Below the pieces are notes generated by a model. The model was not told the origin of the DNA. It searched no databases and saw only the letters and a list, made by a program, of their open reading frames with translations. A DNA stretch of 64,000 bases. Origin: Eukaryota sp. TZLM1-RC (taxonomy: Eukaryota > Protista > Metamonada: BaSk clade). Below, one piece after another: positions 12,697-25,124 of the stretch. Numbering within the stretch: position 1 is the stretch's first letter; each line of letters begins with the position of its first letter. The translations under genes were made by a program, and so were the position numbers. The stretch spans positions 1,525,801 through 1,589,800 of the forward strand of contig JAUPSS010000004.1 in NCBI GenBank assembly GCA_040285825.1, in the 5' to 3' direction.

Positions 12697-13249
12697 AACA
12701 CGAATCAAAGATTTCTAGTTATAGCATTTGCTGGTGTTGTTTCACAGTGATGACCATTATGGTCTAAAATTGTGGATTTTACAAAAGGTTCTTTGTTTTA
12801 TACAAATTGATTCAAAATCATCCAAATGAGATCAGACCACAAAAATGGCGAAACGTGAAATGGGGGTCAGGAAATGAAAGAAATTTTCATTTTTTCATCC
12901 CATTTCGAAAAGTACTTGCTATTTGATCATTTTCAATTGATTGTTTTAAATAATTTATGAAAATGTGAAAACAGCTCAATTGTTCATGTTGAACAAAATT
13001 TTGGTGTTGTATGTAAGCCTTAATGGAAACATTAAATTTTACTACACGTGTCGAATTTTATGGGAAATCATTTTTGATTGAAAATTTAAATTGACACATC
13101 AATAAGATTTGATTACATTTATCAGGATGTAATGGATCTTTATGGAAAGCACAAATGATCAACATTGATACAATCATATTTGATTGATTTCACAAAAGGT
13201 AACATTTATGAACTTTTCTGGTTTTTTAATCGGAATGTTTTATTGTTGA
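12697..13249 (+). promoter_or_regulatory. Unique ~553-bp leader of the rDNA unit (5'-ETS and possibly Pol I core promoter; start site not determined)
   Basis: One copy per unit, nearly identical before all three 18S genes, and directly adjacent to the 18S 5' end. Confidence 0.7.
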
Positions 13250-14338
13250 TACCTGGTTGATCCTGCCAGTAGGCATATGCTTGTCTCAAAGATTAAGCCA
13301 TGCATGTCTAAGTTCAGGAGTTTTCTCCGAAACAGCGAATGGCTCATTAAATCAGTGATAATTTATTTGATAGTACTTACTACTTGGATAACCGTGGTAA
13401 TTCTAGAGCTAATACATGCAGCAAATACTTCTTTTGAAGTATGCATTTATTAGATACAAAACCAATCCTGGCAACAGGTCTTTGGTGAATCATAATAACT
13501 ATGCTGATCGCATGTCTTCGGACAGCGACATATCATTTAAATCACTGCCCTATCAACTAAATCGTAAGGTAGTGGCTTACGATGGTGATGACGGGTAACG
13601 GGGAATTAGGGTTTGATTCCGGAGAGGGAGCCTGAGAAATGGCTACCACATCCAAGGAAGGCAGCAGGCGCGAAAATTACCCAATCTCATTACGAGGAGG
13701 TAGTGACAAAAAATAACAATACTGGGCTCTTTTGAGTTCGTAATTGGAATGAGTACAACTTAAAACCTTTAACGAGGAGCTACTAGAGGGCAAGTCTGGT
13801 GCCAGCAGCCGCGGTAATTCCAGCTCTAGTAGTGTATCTTAAAATTGCTGCGTTTAAATCGTCCGTAGTTGAATCTCAGAATTTGCGTATCTTCAGGTTT
13901 TCCTGTTGGTAAACAGATTCTTCTGTCTGAGGACACTAGTCATTTGCTTCGGCGGTGGCTATTGAATTCAGACCGTTTACTTTGAAAAAATTAGAGTGTT
14001 CAAAGCAGGCTTTATGCAATTGAATAACTTAGCATGGAATAATAGAATAGGACTTTGGTTCTGTTTTATTGGTTTTGAGAACTAGAGTAATGATTAAAAG
14101 GGACAGTTGGGGGCATTAGTACTCCGGTGTCAGAGGTGAAATTCTTGGATTGCCGGATGACTAACTACTGCGAAAGCATTTGCCAAAGATGTTCTCATTA
14201 ATCAAGGTCGAAAGTTGGGGGATCGAAGACGATTAGACACCGTCGTAGTCTCAACCATAAACTATGCCGACTAGGGATTAGTAGGCGTTAAATACGACCC
14301 TATTAGCACCTTATGGGAAACCATAAGTTCTTGGGTAA

Positions 14339-14397
<59 letters not shown>

Positions 14398-14846
14398 TTG
14401 TGGAGCCTGCGGCTTAATCTGACTCAACACGGAGAAACTTACCAGGTCCAGACGTGATAAGGATTGACAGATTGATAGCTCTTTCATGATCTTACGGTTA
14501 GTGGCGCATGGCCGTTCTTAGTTGGTGGAGTGATTTGTCTGGTTAATTCCGATAACGAACGAGATCTAAATTGCTAACTAGTTTTATTCTATTTTCGGAT
14601 AGTTTGAACTTCTTAGCGAGACTGCTGTGGTTTTACACAGAGGAAGGTTTAGGCAATAACAGGTCTGTGATGCCCTTAGATGTTCTGGGCCGCACGCGCG
14701 CTACAATGGTAGGTACAACGAGTTTGTCCTTAACCGAAAGGTTTGGGTAATCTTGTGAATACCTATCTTGACTGGGATAGATCCTTGCAATTATGGGTCT
14801 TGAACGAGGAATAACTTGTAAGTGCATGTCATCAGCATGCGCTGAA

Positions 14847-14892
<46 letters not shown>

Positions 14893-15032
14893 GATGTTGA
14901 GGTGAAATGTTTGGACTCAATGGGTTAAGCTGCAAAGCAAGACTTGTTGGGAAAATTCAGTGAATCTTTGCATCTAGAGGAAGGAGAAGTCGTAACAAGG
15001 TATCCGTAGGTGAACCTGCGGATGGATCATTG
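13250..15032 (+). rRNA. 18S: 18S (SSU) rRNA, copy 1
   Basis: Starts TACCTGGTTGATCCTGCCAG, contains GTGCCAGCAGCCGCGGTAATTCC and TTGTACACACCGCCCGTCG, ends GGTGAACCTGCGGATGGATCATTG. Confidence 0.99.
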
Positions 15033-15131
15033 TCGTTTGTGAGCTTGGCTTGCCAAGTTTCACTTTAACTGAAACCTAATACCGAACCAACCCTTTTTAT
15101 TATAAAAACTAATAGTTTCTATGAAACATCC
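15033..15131 (+). other. ITS1, copy 1 (~100 bp)
   Basis: Lies between the 18S 3' end and the 5.8S start. Confidence 0.9.
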
Positions 15132-15293
15132 AACTTTCAGTGATGGATGTCTCGGCTCCTTTATCGATGAAGAACGCAGCGAATTGCGATACGTAATGTG
15201 AATTGCAGAATCTGTGAATCATCGAAACTTTGAACGCAAATGGTAGTTCTTTAGAGCTTCGGCTTTATTGAACTATACTTGAATCAGCGTCGT
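15132..15293 (+). rRNA. 5.8S: 5.8S rRNA, copy 1
   Basis: Contains ATCGATGAAGAACGCAGCGAATTGCGATACGTAATGTGAATTGCAGAAT and TTTGAACGCA. Its 3' TTGAATCAGCGTCG can pair with 28S 5' CGACCTGATTTCAA. Ends approximate. Confidence 0.97.
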
Positions 15294-15451
15294 CTTTTAT
15301 TTTTCCATTTCGGATAATTGGAATTGAAGGTTACTTCTTTTCTTAAATAATCAAATATATGATTGACTTTTGTCAACATTTATTGTTGAAGGCAACTTTT
15401 ACATTAATTGACGACTCATCTCTTTCATATATTGTCTTTTTAGACATCATT
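15294..15451 (+). other. ITS2, copy 1 (~160 bp)
   Basis: Lies between the 5.8S and 28S arms of the proximal stem. Confidence 0.88.
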
Positions 15452-15799
15452 TCGACCTGATTTCAAGTAAGATCACCCCCTGGACTTAAGCATATCAATA
15501 AGGGGAGGAAAAGAAAATAACTATGATTTCCTTAGTAGCGGCGAGCGAACAGGAAAAAGCTCAAGACTGAATCTTTATGATCTTTAGATTGTGAAGAGTT
15601 GTAGTCTATGGAAACCAGTATTCGGTTCTCGATGTATAAGTCCTTTGGAAAGGGTATCATGGAAGGTGAAAATCCTGTAAATGACATCGAAGTAATTGAT
15701 TCACTACTGATTTTCCGAGAGTCGCGCTGTTTGGGAATGCAGCGTTAAATGTGGGGTAAGTTTCCCATAAAGCTAAATATAAAAGGAGACCGATAGTTC

Positions 15800-15830
<31 letters not shown>

Positions 15831-16671
15831 TCTGAAGAGAGAGTTAAAAGTACCTGAAATCACTGAAAGGATAAGCGATTGGAACTTGATATTGATAGCT
15901 TCGGCTGTCTTGCGTTGGAGTGATTTTGAAAATTGAGTGATTGTGGGGAAGGTAGCTATAATGAACTTCGGTTTATTGTAGTGTTATAGCCTCATAAATT
16001 GTTCTTTTTTAAGAATCAGGAATACGGTTTTACCGAGACTCCAACATAAAAGGTTCAATTGTCCCGTCTTGAAACACGGACCAAGGAGTGTATCTCTTCT
16101 GCAAGTCGTAGGGTGTAAAAACCTGAAGGCGAAATGAAAGTAATTTTATGAGGGGAAGTTTCTACTGCACCCTCAACCAGTCCTTGCAAAGGGATCTGAG
16201 TATGAGCAGAATGGATACGACCCGAAAGCCGCTGAACTATGCCTGAATAGGATGAAGCCAGGGGAAACTCTGGTGGAAGTCCGTAGCGATGTTGACGTGC
16301 AAATCACTCGTCAAATTTGGGTATAGGGGCGAAAGACTCATCGAAGCGGCTAGTAGCTGGTTACGTTCGAAGTTTCCCCAGGATAGCTGGAGCTTGTTTT
16401 AGTTTTGTCCGGTAAAGCTAATGATTAGAGGTACTAGGGACGCAATGTCCTTAGCCTATTCTCAAACTTTAAATGGGCAAGATTTGTGATGATACTTAAG
16501 TGATCGTTGCAATTGAATAATAGCTCTAAGTGGGCCATTTTTGGTAAGCAGAACTGGCGATGTGGGATGCTCCAAAAGACATGTTAAGGTGCCTAAGTGT
16601 GCACTCATTTAGACCCCAGAAAAGGTGTTGGTTGATATTGACAGCAGGACGGTGGCCATGGAAGTCGGAAT

Positions 16672-16705
<34 letters not shown>

Positions 16706-17615
16706 TCAACTAGCCCTGAAAATTGATGGCGCTAAAGTGTGCCACCTATACATGTCCATTAATTCATTTTATGAGTTAATGTGTAGAACGTCGTGGGGGT
16801 TGCGTAGAAGGTTCATTGTGAAATGGACTGGAGCAGCCTCTAGTGCAGATCTTGGTGGTAGTAGCAAATAAACAAGTTGGAATCTTGTTGACCGAAGTGG
16901 AGTAGGGTTCCATGGTAAAGGTATTCTGCCATGGGTTAGTCGGTCCTAAGGCACAGGTTAACTCTTTGAGAGGGGGCTTTTATAGCTCCGTCCTGTCGAA
17001 AGGGAAGCAGGTTAATATTCCTGCACCAGCAGTGGGTGTTCGTGGTAACACAATCGAATCTAGAGATGTCGGGGAGGATCCTGGGAAGAGTTATCTTTTC
17101 TTATTAACTGTCTATTGTCCATGGAATCTGTTTAACAGGAGAAGTGGATATAAGATAGGAAGAGCATTACGTTTTTGTAATGTCCGGTGTATTCTCAACG
17201 GCCCTTGAAAATCTAGAGGAGTAATCACTTCATTGTTGTCCGTACCGATAACCGCATCAGGTCTCCAAGGTGTGTAGCCTCTGGTCTATAGAAGAACGTA
17301 GGTAAGGGAAGTCGGCAAAATAGATCCGTAACTTCGGGATAAGGATTGGCTCTAGGGGCCTTGTGTAAGAGCCCTAGTGGTGACGCACTGAGCGTTGATG
17401 TGATTGGCAACAATTGCGTTGATGCGAGGTGTTGATCCATTGGGATTACTTTTATGCAATTAAAGGTCAACCTAGAACTGTAACGGACAAAGGGAACCCG
17501 ACTGTTTAATCGAAACAAAGCTTTCTGATGGCCGGAAACGGTGTTGACAGAAAGTGATTTCTGCTCAGTGCTCTGAATGTCATTGTGAAGAGATTCAATC
17601 AAGCACGGGTAAACA

Positions 17616-17660
<45 letters not shown>

Positions 17661-17661
17661 C

Positions 17662-17694
<33 letters not shown>

Positions 17695-17716
17695 GTTCCC
17701 ACTGTCCCTACCTACC

Positions 17717-17752
<36 letters not shown>

Positions 17753-17758
17753 TAATTC

Positions 17759-17796
<38 letters not shown>

Positions 17797-18155
17797 TGAT
17801 ATTGTGAACCGATTCAGGAGGTGTAGCGTACAGGGGAGTAGATTTATCTACGCCAATGAAACACCCTGACTCTTGACATTGGTTTGCTAACTTAATTAAT
17901 CCGAAACAGGTTTCCTGTTTCAAGATTTAAGTGTCTTCGGATACGATCGGATTTAAGGACATTGTCAGATGGGGAGTTTGGCTGGGGCGGCACATCTCCA
18001 AAATAATAACGGAGGTGTCCTAAGGTGAGCTCAATGAGAACAGAAATCTCATGTAGAACATAAGGGTAAAAGCTCACTTGATTTTGATTTTCAGTATGAA
18101 TACAAACCAAGAAATTGTGGCCTAACGATCCTTTAACTATAAGAAACTTTTAGCT

Positions 18156-18198
<43 letters not shown>

Positions 18199-18300
18199 AG
18201 CCAAGCGTTCATAGCGACGTTGCTTTTTGATTCTTCGATGTCGGCTCTTCCTATCATTGAGAAGCAGAATTCTCAAAGCGTTGGATTGTTCACCCATTAA

Positions 18301-18356
<56 letters not shown>

Positions 18357-18753
18357 AATAATTGTCATCCTAATAGTAAAGCAACCCAGTACGAGAGGAA
18401 CCGTTGTTCCGCATAATTGGTATTTACGCTTATCTGAAAAGATATTGGTGTGAAGCTAACATGCGTTGGATTATAGCTGAACGCCTCTAAGCTAGTATCC
18501 AACCTAGAAAGGATGATATATTGACCTGCAAATTTAATCGATAAAGATTAGGATTGTGTTTACACAGTCCCAATATCTCATCAGTGGGATTGATGTTTAG
18601 TCTAAGTACTATTCATTGATCATTGAAACTATGAAGATTCGCAGGATCATGAAACCTTGGCAGACGACCAAGATACGGAACTCATTGCTGTAAGTGTAAG
18701 AGTATCGTTTTTGATACGATTTACTGAGGCTCATATGAAGTTCCTAGTTTCGT
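15452..18753 (+). rRNA. 28S: 28S (LSU) rRNA, copy 1
   Basis: Contains CTTAAGCATATCAATAAG, GTCTTGAAACACGGACCAAGG, CTCTCTTAAGGTAGCCAAATGC, the peptidyl-transferase centre and the sarcin-ricin loop AGTACGAGAGGAAC. The 3' end is placed by analogy with the yeast 25S terminus (approximate). Confidence 0.98.
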
Positions 18754-19117
18754 ATATTGACCAATGGTTGTTTATTACAATCATTGGTCAAATCTTTAAA
18801 GTCCATTTTGGGACAATTAATATAACAATTGTGGTGTTAAAGTCCGTGCTATGGTCATTTGAGTAGTCATTGGTTTGATTGGTTGAATGGTCATTGGTAT
18901 GATTAGATGAGTTGCATGTAGTCTTTATGTACTAGATGTGATCAACTTGTGATCAAACTTTGTGTGAAATTGTGTGTGAGTAATGTTGGCTATGTGTTAC
19001 TTGATCAGTACAAACTCATGATTACATTTTCAATTGATTTTGTATATATTTGAATTAATTGAGTTTATTAATTTTTAAACATTAAATTGTAAAAAAAGTA
19101 AAAAATCAAAAAGTATA
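18684..19117 (+). repeat. Single, slightly truncated A unit (native 28S end + 3'-ETS of unit 1)
   Basis: Matches the A unit up to ...TCAAAAAGTATA, then joins GGAGAAGAAGTTTTTC at the start of a C block. Confidence 0.92.
18757..18791 (+). terminator. 3'-ETS hairpin just after the 28S end (candidate RNase III processing / Pol I termination signal)
   Basis: TTGACCAATGGTTGT-TTATT-ACAATCATTGGTCAA forms a 15-bp stem with one G-U pair. The function is inferred from position only. Confidence 0.55.
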
Positions 19118-22100
19118 GGAGAAGAAGTTTTTCTTTTTTTTATTAAACATAAATAAAAAATAAGTTTAAAATTTCATAAATTCAACAAACACTTTTCTTG
19201 CAAATTCAGTACACGAAACTAGATGCTCTATTGATCAAAAATACTGCACCAAAAAAGCTAAAACAATTTGTCATAGTTTTCATTTGAAATCCCCATTTCT
19301 TATATGACAAAAAAACTCCACACTTGACAATAAATCTTTGAATTGTAATATCCATATGAGTGTTTCAAACGCTGTTGAATGTTATTGTGTTTTCACACTT
19401 TCTGTGAAAACATGCTTATGCACAAGTGATACAAGGCAGGTTTGATACATGAAGAAATGATTTATGTATTCTGTTTCAATGGCAATCTTGAAAACAATAG
19501 TGTTGGCAGAAAAGATGATGTATGTACTGAAAAGAATACTGTCCAGGAAAACTTTATTATGATAGAGTCTTCATCAAAAAGAAAGTACAACGGTGAAGAC
19601 ATCAAGCCAATCCATGAACAATTGAGATCAAAAGAGTGATTGAGTCAAACGAAACACTGACAATAACCGATAGGTAAAAGATTTACGGAATAGAAATCCA
19701 AAATGCGCTAGGCAAGGCTGCTGCACTGATGGCAATCGTGATGCCTACCCTTCTGCCCCCGAAGAATCATGGCACTAAGAGTATAATGTGTTTAAAGTAA
19801 CAGACGCATCCCAAAGTCGGAGTACGGAAATGAAAAAAACCGCAGAAGGTTGCTCAGGTTGGAAGATCAGATTTTGGGTCTGGTTTCAAACTTCAGATTT
19901 TCCAATTTTGACATTGGAATTTTTACCAACCCTTAATGCAATTAATTTTTGGTTTTTGCTTTCCTGTTTTCTGCATGTGTTTGTATATGGCAACGGTAAC
20001 GCTAATTTCTGTACGATTATCATTCTTTTGATTAGATTAGTATTTCTTTCAAAATTTTTGAGCTTTATGCATCATTGAAACCAATGTTCATGTCATTGAT
20101 CTGATTTAAATTCTTTTGTTGATAATCCTTTTGCAATTGTTGTGACAATTTATACATGGTTATCTTGCCTTTAAAAAAATCGAAACGAATGGCGCAATTT
20201 ACAGGAGAAGTTTTCAATTTATGAATAGCACCACTGGTTTTTGATCACATTTTTTTGGTGTAAAAAAACATTGTTGCGTGAACTTTTACATTGATAAAGA
20301 AAAATTATTTTTACTTTTGTTATTTGACAGAAACAAAAAATAAATTTTTAAAAAAATTTACAGTTTCACTTTCATTTTTGAATGTATTCTAAAAACAGAT
20401 ATCATTTTTTTGACTTGAAACAAAAGGTGATCGTTTGTATATGGCAACGGTAACGCTATTTTCTGCACGATTATCATTCTTTTGATTAGGTCAGTATCTT
20501 TTTCAAAATTTATGAGCTTTATACATCATTAAAACCAATGTTCATGTCATTCATTTGATTTGAATTCCTTTGTTGATAATCTTTTTACAACATTTGCGAC
20601 AATTTAAACATGGTTATCTTGCCTTTAAAAAAATGGGAAACGAATGGCGCATTTTACAAGAGAAGTTTTCAAGTTTATAAATACAGCATGTGTTCTTGAT
20701 CACATTTTGGTGTAGAAAAACATTGTTGCATGAACTTTTTACATTGATAAAGAAAAATTATTTTTACTTTTTGTTATTTCACAGAAACAAAAAAAATAAA
20801 TTCCAAAAAAAATTTACAATTTCACTTTCATTTTGAATGTATTCTAGAAACAGATATCGTTTGTTTGATTTGAATCAAAAGGTGATCGTTTGTATATGGC
20901 AACGGTAACGCTATTTTTCTGCACGATTATCATTCTTTTGATTAGGTCAGTATCTTTTCAAAAATTTATGAGCTTTATACATCATTAAAACCAATGTTCA
21001 TGTCATTCATTTGATTTGAATTCCTTTGTTGATAATCTTTTTACAACATTTGCGACAATTTATACATGGTTATCTTGCCTTTGAAAAAAATGGGAAACGA
21101 ATGGCGCATTTTACAAGAGAAGTTTTCAAGTTTATAAATACAGCATGTGTTCTTGATCACATTTTTGGTGTAAAAAAACATTGTTGCGTGAACTTTTTAC
21201 ATTGATAAAGAAAATTATTTTACTTTTGTTATTTCACAGAAACAAAAAATAAATTCCAAAAAATTTACAATTTCACTTTCATTTTTGAATGTATTCTAGA
21301 AACAGATATCGTTTGTTTGATTTGAATCAAAAGGTGATCGTTTGTATATGGCAACGGTAACGCTATTTTTCTGCACGATTATCATTCTTTTGATTAGGTC
21401 AGTATCTTTTCAAAATTTAAGAGCTTTATACATCATTAAAAACCAATGTTCATGTCATTCATTTGATTTGAATTCCTTTGTTGATAATCTTTTACAACAT
21501 TTGCAACAATTTATACATGGTTATCTTGCCTTTAAAAAATGGGAAACGAATGGCGCATTTTACAAGAGAAGTTTTCAAGTTTATAAATACAGCATGTGTT
21601 CTTGATCACATTTTTGGTGTAGAAAAACATTGTTGCATGAACTTTTACATTGATAAAGAAAATTATTTTACTTTTGTTATTTCACAGAAACAAAAAAATA
21701 AATTCCAAAAAATTTACAATTTCACTTTCATTTTGAATGTATTCTAGAAACAGATATCGTTTGTTTGATTTGAATCAAAAAGGTGATCGTTTGTATATGG
21801 CAACGGTAACGCTATTTTCTGCACGATTATCATTCTTTTTGATTAGGTCAGTATCTTTTCAAAATTTATGAGCTTTATACATCATTAAAACCAATGTTCA
21901 TGTCATTCATTTGATTTGAATTCCTTTGTTGATAATCTTTTACAACATTTGCGACAATTTATACATGGTTATCTTGCCTTTGAAAAATGGAAACGAATGG
22001 CGCATTTTACAAGAGAAGTTTTCAAGTTTATAAATACAGCATGTGTTCTTGATCACATTTTGGTGTAAAAAAAACATTGTTGCGTGAACTTTTACATTGA

Positions 22101-24572
22101 TAAAGAAGTTTTTCTTTTTTTATTAAACATAAATAAAAAATAAGTTTAAAATTTCATAAATTCAACAAACACTTTTCTTGCAAATTCAGTACACGAAACT
22201 AGATGCTCTATTGATCAAAAATACTGCACCAAAAAAGCTAAAACAATTTGTCATAGTTTTCATTTGAAATCCCCATTTCTTATATGACAAAAAAACTCCA
22301 CACTTGACAATAAATCTTTGAATTGTAATATCCATATGAGTGTTTCAAACGCTGTTGAATGTTATTGTGTTTTCACAATTTCTGTGAAAACATGCTTATG
22401 CACAAGTGATACAAGGCAGGTTTGATACATGAAGAAATGATTTATGTATTCTGTTTCAATGGCAATCTTGAAAACAATAGTGTTGGCAGAAAAGATGATG
22501 TATGTACTGAAAAGAATACTGTCCAGGAAAACTTTATTATGATAGAGTCTTCATCAAAAAGAAAGTACAACGGTGAAGACATCAAGCCAATCCATGAACA
22601 ATTGAGATCAAAAGAGTGATTGAGTCAAACGAAACACTGACAATAACCGATAGGTAAAAGATTTACGGAATAGAAATCCAAAATGCGCTAGGCAAGGCTG
22701 CTGCACTGATGGCAATTGTGAAGCCTACCCTTCTGCCCCAAAGAATCATGGCACTAAGAGTATAATGTGTTTGAAGTTACAGACGCATCCCAAAGTCGGA
22801 GTACGGAAATGAGAAAAACCGCAGAAGGTTGCTCAGGTTGGAAGATCAGATTTTGGGTCTGGTTTCAAACTTCAGATTTTCCAATTTTGACATTGGAATT
22901 TTACCAACCCTTAATGCAATTAATTTTGGTTTTGCTTTCCTGTTTTCTGCATGTGTTTGTATATGGCAACGGTAACGCTAATTTCTGTACGATTATCATT
23001 CTTTTGATTAGATTAGTATTTCTTTCAAAATTTTGAGCTTTATGCATCATTGAAACCAATGTTCATGTCATTGATCTGATTTAAATTCTTTTGTTGATAA
23101 TCCTTTTTGCAATTGTTGTGACAATTTATACATGGTTATCTTGCCTTTAAAAAAAATCGAAACGAATGGCGCAATTTACAGGAGAAGTTTTCAATTTATG
23201 AATAGCACCACTGGTTTTTGATCACATTTTTGGTGTAGAAAAACATTGTTGCATGAACTTTTACATTGATAAAGAAAATTATTTTACTTTTGTTATTTCA
23301 CAGAAACAAAAAAATAAATTCCAAAAAAATTTACAATTTCACTTTCATTTTGAATGTATTCTAGAAACAGATATCGTTTGTTTGATTTGAATCAAAAGGT
23401 GATCGTTTGTATATGGCAACGGTAACGCTATTTTCTGCACGATTATCATTCTTTTGATTAGGTCAGTATCTTTTTCAAAATTTATGAGCTTTATACATCA
23501 TTAAAACCAATGTTCATGTCATTCATTTGATTTGAATTCCTTTGTTGATAATCTTTTTACAACATTTGCGACAATTTATACATGGTTATCTTGCCTTTGA
23601 AAAAATGGAAACGAATGGCGCATTTTACAAGAGAAGTTTTCAAGTTTATAAATACAGCATGTGTTCTTGATCACATTTTTGGTGTAAAAAAACATTGTTG
23701 CGTGAACTTTTACATTGATAAAGAAGTTTTTCTTTTTTTTATTAAACATAAATAAAAATAAGTTTAAAATTTCATAAATTCAACAAACACTTTTTCTTGC
23801 AAAATTCAGTACACGAAACTAGATGCTCTATTGATCAAAAATACTGCACCAAAAAAAGCTAAAACAATTTGTCATAGTTTTCATTTGAAATCCCCATTTC
23901 TTATATGACAAAAAACTCCACACTTGACAATAAATCTTTGAATTGTAATATCCATATGAGTGTTTCAAACGCTGTTGAATGTTATTGTGTTTTCACACTT
24001 TCTGTGAAAACATGCTTATGCACAAGTGATACAAGGCAGGTTTGATACATGAAGAAATGATTTATGTATTCTGTTTCAATGGCAATCTTGAAAACAATAG
24101 TGTTGGCAGAAAAGATGATGTATGTACTGAAAAGAATACTGTCCAGGAAAACTTTATTATGATAGAGTCTTCATCAAAAGAAAGTACAACGGTGAAGACA
24201 TCAAGCCAATCCATGAACAATTGAGATCAAAAGAGTGATTGAGTCAAACGAAACACTGACAATAACCGATAGGTAAAAGATTTACGGAATAGAAATCCAA
24301 AATGCGCTAGGCAAGGCTGCTGCACTGATGGCAATTGTGAAGCCTACCCTTCTGCCCCAAAGAATCATGGCACTAAGAGTATAATGTGTTTGAAGTTACA
24401 GACGCATCCCAAAGTCGGAGTACGGAAATGAGAAAAACCGCAGAAGGTTGCTCAGGTTGGAAGATCAGATTTTGGGTCTGGTTTCAAACTTCAGATTTTC
24501 CAATTTTGACATTGGAATTTTACCAACCCATTATCCAATAGATTTTGGTTCTGTTGTCCTGTTTTTTGTATA
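19118..24572 (+). repeat. IGS subrepeat region 2: S/L/C modules, 3 C copies
   Basis: C marker at 19442, 22422 and 24042, with ~450-bp S+L units in between. Confidence 0.95.
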
Positions 24573-25124
24573 AACACGAATCAAAGATTTCTAGTTACAG
24601 CATTTGCTGGTGTTGTTTCACAGTGATGACCATTATGGTCTAAAATTGTGGATTTTACAAAAAGGTTCTTTGTTTTATACAAATTGATTCAAAATCATCC
24701 AAATGAGATCAGACCACAAAAATGGCGAAACGTGAAATGGGGGTCAGGAAATGAAAGAAATTTTCATTTTTTATCCCATTTCGGAAAGTACTTGCTATTT
24801 GATCATTTTCAATTGATTGTTTAAATAATTTATGAAAATGTGAAAACAGCTCAATTGTTCATGTTGAACAAAATTTTGGTGTTGTATGTAAGCCTTAATG
24901 GAAACATTAAATTTTACTACACGTGTCGAATTTTATGGGAAATCATTTTTGATTGAAAATTTAAATTGACACATCAATAAGATTTGATTACATTTATCAG
25001 GATGTAATGGATCTTTATGGAAAGCACAAATGATCAACATTGATACAATCATATTTGATTGATTTCACAAAAGGTAACATTTATGAACTTTTCTGGTTTT
25101 TTAATCGGAATGTTTTATTGTTGA
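24573..25124 (+). promoter_or_regulatory. Unique leader (5'-ETS / promoter region), unit 2
   Basis: Near-identical to 12697-13249. Confidence 0.7.

Noticed and set aside
17631-17656. R2/R1 retrotransposon or group I intron/homing endonuclease insertion
   Set aside because: The target CTCTCTTAAGGTAGCCAAATGC is intact in both complete 28S copies, and gene lengths leave no room for inserts.
13416-18866. ORFs of 60-125 aa overlapping 18S/28S on both strands (repeated at 25291-30741 and 61422-62941)
   Set aside because: They are shadow ORFs in rRNA genes; the variation follows RNA pairing, not codons.
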